Assembly: GCA_051276005.1 (NCBI GenBank)
Contig: JBNMOZ010000001.1
Location: forward strand, 1-39,487
Length of the DNA stretch: 39,487 nt
Source: Bradymonadia bacterium
GTDB lineage: Bacteria; Myxococcota_A; Bradymonadia; UBA7976; UBA1532
Direction of reading: 5' to 3'
How positions within the stretch are numbered: the first letter of the stretch is position 1; every line of letters begins with the position of its first letter. Positions 34,273-39,487 of this stretch are shown here, in pieces. Position numbers and translations under genes: made by a program. The notes below the pieces were generated by a model that was not told the DNA's origin, searched no databases, and saw only the letters and a list, made by a program, of their open reading frames with translations.

Positions 34273-35142
34273 TTACGCGGTCGGGGGCGTCTCAGCCTCG
34301 GGTCGGGTCGCGCGCCACGCGATCAAGGACCGCGAGATCGCGGCTAACTCGGCCAGGTTGAACGTCTCGCCGCGGCGCATCGGGTCGAGCCCAGCAGCGG
34401 TGACGACCGCCTCGCTCTCTTCGGTGAGCGGCCTGAGCGCCTTGCGCGCCATCTTGCGCCGCTGTGCGAACAGGGCCCGCACGACCTGTCGGAAGATCCG
34501 CAGATCGCCGACATCTTCGGCAGGCTCGGCACGGCGCTCCAGCACCAGCACCGTCGACTCAATCTTCGGGACCGGGTGAAAGCTGGTCGCAGGCACCTGG
34601 AAGGCGAGGCTGGCATGGCACCACAGCGACACCATCGCTGACAGGGCGCCACACTTGCGCGTACCGGGCGGCGCTGCTGCGCGCACCGCGAACTCCCTTT
34701 GAAGCAGGAAGCAGGCGCGGCGCCACGACCCAGGCGCTTCGATCAGGCCGATGATGATGTTGCTTGAGAGGTTGTAGGGCACGTTGCCGTAGATGACCGG
34801 CGGCTCGCCCAGCTCCTCGGCGATCGCGGCCCAGTCGATGTGGCGGATGTCGCCTTCGCGAATGGTGACATTCTCGGCGTAGCCCAGCTCAGCGCGCAGG
34901 ACGGGGATCAGGTCGCGGTCGAACTCGAGCGCCAGCACCGACTTCGCGCGCTCGGCCAGCGCATGGGTGAGCACGCCGGTGCCGGCACCGATCTCGAAGA
35001 CCGCGTCGGTGGGTCGGGCGCCGCCCGCGAAGGCGATGTGCCCTGGAATCAGCGGGTCGACCAGGAAGTTCTGGCCGAGTCGCTTGCGGGCCCAGAGGCC
35101 GTGCGCCTTGAGAACGATGCGGGGGTCAATGGTGCGCGTCAT
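34273..35142 (-). CDS. rsmA: 16S rRNA (adenine1518-N6/adenine1519-N6)-dimethyltransferase
   Basis: RLGQNFLVD..I...I.......D.V.EIGAG.G.LT..L......V.A.E.D..L, GN.PYN.SS, and a C-terminal ..RRK.....L. The start ATG at 35142 overlaps the tsaD stop (ATGA). The track ORF extension to 35259 was discarded. Confidence 0.9.
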   Translation of the reverse strand: MTRTIDPRIVLKAHGLWARKRLGQNFLVDPLIPGHIAFAGGARPTDAVFEIGAGTGVLTHALAERAKSVLALEFDRDLIPVLRAELGYAENVTIREGDIRHIDWAAIAEELGEPPVIYGNVPYNLSSNIIIGLIEAPGSWRRACFLLQREFAVRAAAPPGTRKCGALSAMVSLWCHASLAFQVPATSFHPVPKIESTVLVLERRAEPAEDVGDLRIFRQVVRALFAQRRKMARKALRPLTEESEAVVTAAGLDPMRRGETFNLAELAAISRSLIAWRATRPEAETPPTA

Positions 35143-36257
35143 GCGTGCACCCGCCAAGACCCAACGGCGTTGATGCGTCGGTCTTCGGGGTCGTGGCGGC
35201 GGCGATCGCGCGCGTCGGCGAACGCGGCGCCGGCGATCATCGCGGCGTTGTCGGTGCACCAGCGGCGCGGTGGCACATGCAGGTGCAATCCATCCTCCTT
35301 GAGCGTGGCAGCGAGCGTCTCGCGCAGCGCTGTATTGCAGGCGACGCCGCCGACGAGCACGACATCGTGCACGCCCGCGTCAGCCGCCGCACGGCGCACC
35401 CGATCGACCAACTGGCCGACCGCTGCGGCCTGAAAGCTGGCGAGCAGATCGCGTCGCGCGTCGCCCTGGGGCAGGGCGCTCATCTTCTGAATTTGAATCA
35501 GCACCGCGGTCTTGAGGCCGCTGAAGCTGAAGTCGATCGGGTTGCCCGCCTTGAATCGCGGCAACTTGAAGCGGTACGCCGTCGGGTCGCCACCCTTGGC
35601 CAGCCGCTCGATCGTTGGGCCGCCGGGGTAGCCCAAGCCGAGCATGCGGGCGACCTTGTCGAACGCTTCGCCGGCCGCGTCATCGCGGGTGTTTGCGATG
35701 AGCGTGATCTGGCCAGGGGCCTGAATTCGATAGATCGCGGTGTGGCCGCCGCTCACGGCGAGGGCGATATGCGGCCATGACGGCCCCGCTGGCCGAGGAT
35801 CTTCGGGGCGATGCAGGAAGACCCCGTGCAGATGACCGGCCAGGTGATTGACGGGGATGAGCGGCTTGTCGCGCGCCCAGGCGATGGCCTTCGCCGTCTG
35901 CAAGCCCACCAATAGAGCGCCCACCAGGCCTGGTCCGCAGGTGGCGGCGATCGCGTCGATGTCGTCCCAGCCCAGCTGCGCCTCAGCGAGGGCGTCCTCG
36001 ATGACCGGGATGATATCGACCACGTGGTTGCGGCTGGCCAACTCAGGCACGACGCCGCCGTACTTGCGATGAATCGCGATTTGGGTGGCGACCTGATCGG
36101 CGAGCACGCGGCGGCCGTCCTCGACGATGGCGCAGGCGGTCTCGTCGCAGCTCGACTCGATGGCCAGGATGCGAAATGGCTTGGGTGTGGGAGGTGTCAA
36201 CGAGAGTCCGAAAGCACGAGGAGGGAAGGCCACAGCGGGCGCCGCGACGTTGAGCAC
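35139..36257 (-). CDS. tsaD: tRNA N6-adenosine threonylcarbamoyltransferase TsaD (Kae1/Gcp)
   Basis: ILAIESSCDETA.AIV......L...V..Q...H..YGGVVPE.ASR.H, ATCGPGL.GALLVG...AK..A.....P...VNHL.GH, and VGGVA.N..LR. GTG 36257 begins 2 nt after the upstream OMP stop and gives a roughly 27-aa N-terminal extension. TTG 36200 is an alternative start. Confidence 0.9.
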   Translation of the reverse strand: MLNVAAPAVAFPPRAFGLSLTPPTPKPFRILAIESSCDETACAIVEDGRRVLADQVATQIAIHRKYGGVVPELASRNHVVDIIPVIEDALAEAQLGWDDIDAIAATCGPGLVGALLVGLQTAKAIAWARDKPLIPVNHLAGHLHGVFLHRPEDPRPAGPSWPHIALAVSGGHTAIYRIQAPGQITLIANTRDDAAGEAFDKVARMLGLGYPGGPTIERLAKGGDPTAYRFKLPRFKAGNPIDFSFSGLKTAVLIQIQKMSALPQGDARRDLLASFQAAAVGQLVDRVRRAAADAGVHDVVLVGGVACNTALRETLAATLKEDGLHLHVPPRRWCTDNAAMIAGAAFADARDRRRHDPEDRRINAVGSWRVHA

Positions 36258-36259
36258 GA

Positions 36260-37699
36260 CTAGAACATGTACTCGAGGTTGATGTTGAGGACGCCCACGG
36301 CGCTCTTGTAGACGCCAGCCGAGTCGGGACCGCGTGCCTCTTCGCGAATGCCAACGCCCGACAGGTCGCTCTCGATGGCGCCGTCGGCCTTGCCGCGGGG
36401 GCTGATGTCGCGCTCGAGGTAGACGACCTGGGTGTAGGTGGTCGCCAGAGCCATCGACTTGTCGTCGAACAGTTGAAAGCGCGCGCCGACGCTGCCGGTG
36501 AACTTGTTGGCGTCGTACAGCGACGGATCCATCGTCTCGTCGGGCACGGCGCTCTGATCAAAACCAGCGCCCACGATGAACTCGAAGCGATCGTTCACGA
36601 AGCGCGAGTAGCCCGCGCGCACGCCGAAGGCGTTGGTCCAGTAGCGCGGGATGATGCCGATGTCGCCGACGCCCGCCGCGCAGTTGCGGTTGGGATCGTT
36701 GGCGTTGAGGATGCACTGCTCCTCCATCACGCTCCAGCGGGTGTAGTCGCCGAACAGTCGAAATTCTTGATTGCTGGTCGGCCGGAACCGCGCGCCGAAG
36801 CGCCAGATGTCGGGCATCGACTGGAAGAACTCAACCGGTGTCTTGGTGCCAAGGTCGGCCGTCGAGTTGCCCGTGATGATCGTCGCGTCGCCGGTCAGCT
36901 TGTTCTCGCCGAAGCCCGGCTGGCTCTGGTAGCTCACGCCGATCCACCAGTTGTCGGTCGGGCGATAGATGAGCCCGGCGCCGATGGAGATGTCCTTGCC
37001 GGTGACGTTGACGACGGTGCGGCCCTCTTGGAGCGTCTCGTTGATGTTCGAGGTGTTATCGGTGCCGTCGGTGTTGCGCCCACGCACCGTATTCACGGTG
37101 TGCATCACGTAGTTGAGGCTCAGGCCGATGCTGAGCCGCGTGTCGGGGATTTCGTAGGCGGCCGCGCCGGTCAGATAGGCCGAACGAATCGTGCCTTCGA
37201 TGACCCACCACCGCTGCACGCCATCCTTGGCGCCAGGAAAGTTCGCGTCGTCTTCGCCCTCGTCCCAGGTGGACTGGCCGCCGATGGGTACGTAGAAGCT
37301 CAGGCCTGCGCCGAACCCTTTGATGCCGAAGTCGCTCGTCACGCCGATGAACGGCGAGGCGATGACGTTCGCGAGGCTGGCCTCACCGGAGTTGGCGGCG
37401 ACACCACCACCGGCGGGGGTGTGTCCACCCTCGTAGCCCGCGTTCTGAACGTTATCGATAGCGCCTGCGGGCCGCGTATACGACACGGTACGCCAGGCGA
37501 AGTTGCCGTCAATATACAGCCGCGTACCAAAGCCCAGGGCGAGGCCCGCGGGGTTGTAGTACATGGCCGTGGCGTTATCGGTGGTCGGGTGACCATGTTC
37601 GCCGCCAAAGCGGGCGACAACAATGCCACTTGCGGCGGCATCGGCGGCACAGAGGGCCGCGCCACCGGCGACACAGATCGACAAGAGCGTTCGGTTCAC
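36260..37699 (-). CDS. FadL/OmpP1/TodX-like outer membrane transport beta-barrel protein
   Basis: Signal peptide (M)NRTLLSICVAGGAALCAADAAA/SG. MYYNPAGLA near the N-terminus. Alternating beta-strand pattern throughout. C-terminal ...LNINLEYMF (terminal Phe). GTG 37699 is chosen because GGAGGA lies 8 nt upstream. Confidence 0.75.
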   Translation of the reverse strand: MNRTLLSICVAGGAALCAADAAASGIVVARFGGEHGHPTTDNATAMYYNPAGLALGFGTRLYIDGNFAWRTVSYTRPAGAIDNVQNAGYEGGHTPAGGGVAANSGEASLANVIASPFIGVTSDFGIKGFGAGLSFYVPIGGQSTWDEGEDDANFPGAKDGVQRWWVIEGTIRSAYLTGAAAYEIPDTRLSIGLSLNYVMHTVNTVRGRNTDGTDNTSNINETLQEGRTVVNVTGKDISIGAGLIYRPTDNWWIGVSYQSQPGFGENKLTGDATIITGNSTADLGTKTPVEFFQSMPDIWRFGARFRPTSNQEFRLFGDYTRWSVMEEQCILNANDPNRNCAAGVGDIGIIPRYWTNAFGVRAGYSRFVNDRFEFIVGAGFDQSAVPDETMDPSLYDANKFTGSVGARFQLFDDKSMALATTYTQVVYLERDISPRGKADGAIESDLSGVGIREEARGPDSAGVYKSAVGVLNINLEYMF

Positions 37700-37817
37700 G
37701 TTCAAGATCCTCCAATGGCCATATGCTGCCGGGTGCAGATTGACAGCGTGCGGGCAAGCGTCGCATGCTCGCGGTGTTCCTGGATACCCCGAAATGTCAC
37801 CGAGAAAGGCGCGTACC

Positions 37818-38636
37818 ATGGCCCGATTCCGCGTGTCAAAGCTGCTGGCTGCTGTTGGCTGTCTGGCTCTGAGTGGCTGCCCCGACCCCGATGGCAGCGT
37901 TGAGAACTTCGCCGATCGCTCAGAACCGTTCCGCCCTGGGGGCGAGCGGTTCCCTGAGATGGTTGCGCCGGCGGGCTTCTTCGACGCCTCAGGCAGCTAC
38001 CTGCTGGCCATCGCGGCCTCCGTCGATGCATCCAAGCCACTGCTCTTCCACGCCACGGTTACGGTTGTGGGCGAGACGGAAGCGGGCGACCTGCCGACGA
38101 TCAAGGTCGATCTGCAGCCCGTGACCCATCCGGATCGCACGCCCGTGGGCGAGCCGCTGATCGTGGACGCGGTGCCCCTCAACCGTGAGGACGGCACCTT
38201 CTCCATCGATTATGGACGCGTGCTGATCCCCGGCGAGGCAGACCCGATCATCGAGGGCGCGCCCATCGAGGCTGACCTCATCCTCAACGGCCAGACGCAG
38301 AGCGTGACCGAGATCTGCGGTCAGGTGGCGGGCGCTATCCTTCAGCCCGCGATGCTGCCATTGGAAGGTGACTTCGGCACCAACCCGGCGGCCGTTGGCG
38401 ACATCCCGGGGCTGCTTGTCTCGTCGAAGTGTGGCGGGCAAGCCGGCGGCGGCGAAGGCGGCGCGGGCGGTGAAGGCGGCGCGGGCGGCGAAGGCGGCAT
38501 GGGCGGCGAAGGCGGCGCTGGCGGCATGGGCGACGCGGCCGACATGGGCGGCGCGGCCGACATGGGCGGCGCGGCCGACATGAGCGGCGAAGGCGGCATG
38601 GGCGCTGGCGGCATGGGCGGCGAAGGCGGCGGCTGA
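37818..38636 (+). CDS. Lipoprotein with a C-terminal Gly-rich hexapeptide repeat tail
   Basis: Lipobox LALSG/C. A roughly 190-aa globular part is followed by GEGGAG x4, AADMGG x3 and further GGMG units up to the stop. The internal ATG at 37818 is chosen; the track start at 37623 overlaps the divergent OMP gene. Confidence 0.65.
   Translation: MARFRVSKLLAAVGCLALSGCPDPDGSVENFADRSEPFRPGGERFPEMVAPAGFFDASGSYLLAIAASVDASKPLLFHATVTVVGETEAGDLPTIKVDLQPVTHPDRTPVGEPLIVDAVPLNREDGTFSIDYGRVLIPGEADPIIEGAPIEADLILNGQTQSVTEICGQVAGAILQPAMLPLEGDFGTNPAAVGDIPGLLVSSKCGGQAGGGEGGAGGEGGAGGEGGMGGEGGAGGMGDAADMGGAADMGGAADMSGEGGMGAGGMGGEGGG
38451..38630 (+). repeat. About ten tandem 18-bp units inside the CDS (GGY GAA GGC GGC GCG GGC type, then GAC ATG GGC GGC GCG GCC type)
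   Basis: Read directly. Units 38541-38558 and 38559-38576 are identical. The next copy differs by one base (ATGAGC). Confidence 0.85.
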
Positions 38637-38653
38637 GGCTGAAAAGCCTCGGC
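38632..38653 (+). terminator. 9-bp stem / GAAA tetraloop hairpin overlapping the stop codon (candidate intrinsic terminator, weak U-tract)
   Basis: GCTGAGGCT-GAAA-AGCCTCGGC, with one G-U pair. A second imperfect hairpin follows (GGCAGCGGC..GCCGCCGTCTGCC). There is no proper T-run. Confidence 0.45.
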
Positions 38654-38763
38654 AGGCAGCGGCTTGAATGCCGCCGTCTGCCCGCCGGCCTTCATCATTT
38701 AGGGGCCATCATCCAGGCTCTCTCCCTCTCTGAGACTCTTTCCTCATTCAGAAGGCACGCTTC

Positions 38764-39487
38764 ATGGCACGCATCGCTTGCTTGCTCGTGCTCTGCGCCT
38801 GTTTCGCGTGTGGCGCGGCGCCGGTGGCGCCCGCATTCGCGCGCGCTAACGCAGTGCTCCTGGTTCAAATCGATGGCATGAGCGCCGCGGTGCTCGACAG
38901 CTACCAGCGGCGCCCTGGGGCGCAGGCGAAGGATCGCCTGCTCGTCCGCATCGGTGGGGTGCGCGCGACCGCGTTCGCTGATATTGGCGTAGATGCGTCG
39001 ACTGCAGCGACCACGCTGATCGCCGAGGCGAGCCCAGCGGCCCTGACGGTGAACACCCCGCTGCTCTTTGACTTGCTGCCCGGAACGGGCACGGCGGCGG
39101 GCTTCCCGGCGGGCAAGCGCGCACAGAACATCGAGGCTGCGACCGACGCCGCGCGGGTTGATGCGGTGTTGGCTGCCCCCAAGACGCAGCTGGTGGCGGT
39201 GCGCTTCACGGGGCTCGCCGAGGCACAGGCCCAAGCCGGCATCAGCGCCAGCCCCGCTGCTTTGGCGACCATCGACGCGCATCTCGCGCGGCTGCGGGCA
39301 CACCGACCCAATGCTCTGCTCATTGTGGTGGGGACGGGCGCGGCGCCGCGCAAGACCGGGGACGATCAGGCCGCGGCCAAGTTCGCGCAATATCTCAACG
39401 TCTCGCCCGACGCCGTGCATGCTTTCGGAGGCGCGCTGCGGGTGGATGGCCTCGATGTGGCGGGCGTTGCGGCGTTGGACAGCATCG
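38764..39487 (+). CDS. Secreted hypothetical protein, 3'-truncated by the window edge (weakly alkaline-phosphatase/phosphodiesterase-like N-terminus)
   Basis: Not in the ORF track because no stop codon is reached. I translated it by hand from ATG 38764 through 39487 and found no stop. Signal peptide MARIACLLVLCACFACGAAPVAPAFA. VLLVQIDGMSAAVLD resembles the start of type I phosphodiesterase/AP-superfamily domains. Third-position GC is high. Confidence 0.55.
   Translation, partial: MARIACLLVLCACFACGAAPVAPAFARANAVLLVQIDGMSAAVLDSYQRRPGAQAKDRLLVRIGGVRATAFADIGVDASTAATTLIAEASPAALTVNTPLLFDLLPGTGTAAGFPAGKRAQNIEAATDAARVDAVLAAPKTQLVAVRFTGLAEAQAQAGISASPAALATIDAHLARLRAHRPNALLIVVGTGAAPRKTGDDQAAAKFAQYLNVSPDAVHAFGGALRVDGLDVAGVAALDSI

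Noticed and set aside
36473-37903. 476-aa plus-strand ORF
   Set aside because: It is antisense to the FadL-like OMP, which has a signal peptide, beta-strand periodicity and a C-terminal Phe.
38451-38630. Possible CRISPR-like or minisatellite array
   Set aside because: The units are 18 bp, contiguous with no spacers, in frame inside a CDS and encode hexapeptide repeats. This is not a CRISPR array.

Overview
High-GC bacterial chromosomal window. Individual 60-nt lines range from about 47% to 78% GC by hand count. The gene content is reminiscent of Myxococcota-type genomes, but that is inference only. I support about 40 CDS and see no rRNA, tRNA, CRISPR array, IS element or integrase. All family calls come from motif recognition by eye on the supplied translations; no searches were run.

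Left to right:
1. A 5'-truncated class IV aminotransferase and a convergent GNAT acetyltransferase.
2. An isolated flagellar-type export-gate operon (fliO-like, fliP, fliQ, fliR). It runs without a strand change into a NUDIX gene, then a retropepsin-like protease / RimK / AstE-AspA-like deacylase triad, then a 4-TM protein. The C-terminus of that 4-TM protein looks like a degenerate FlhB/SctU switch domain with the NPTH motif lost.
3. A minus-strand MmcQ/YjbR - YkgJ - unknown operon.
4. An ECF sigma / anti-sigma / Lys-rich secreted protein operon.
5. Divergent from it, a DUF4175-like / HExxH-TPR / MoxR / DUF58 / BatA_N five-gene operon.
6. A RluA-family pseudouridine synthase preceded by two tandem paralogous lipoproteins.
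7. The headline: a 12-kb contractile-injection-system or tailocin-like operon. It contains a DUF4255 cap, sheath, tube, a tail-assembly-chaperone-like pair overlapping in the -1 frame, a second larger sheath, a second tube with a disordered tail, a 1563-aa Ala/Arg/Pro/Ser-rich giant in the tape-measure position, a LysM tube initiator and a gpD hub. It stops at gpD, with no spike, PAAR, gp25/J/I wedge, AAA+ ATPase, fibre or payload in the window.
8. A FadL-like OMP - tsaD - rsmA operon.
9. A lipoprotein with an 18-bp-periodic Gly-rich repeat, and a 3'-truncated secreted protein that is missing from the ORF track.

Many long antisense or out-of-frame ORFs in the track are high-GC shadow ORFs and were rejected.
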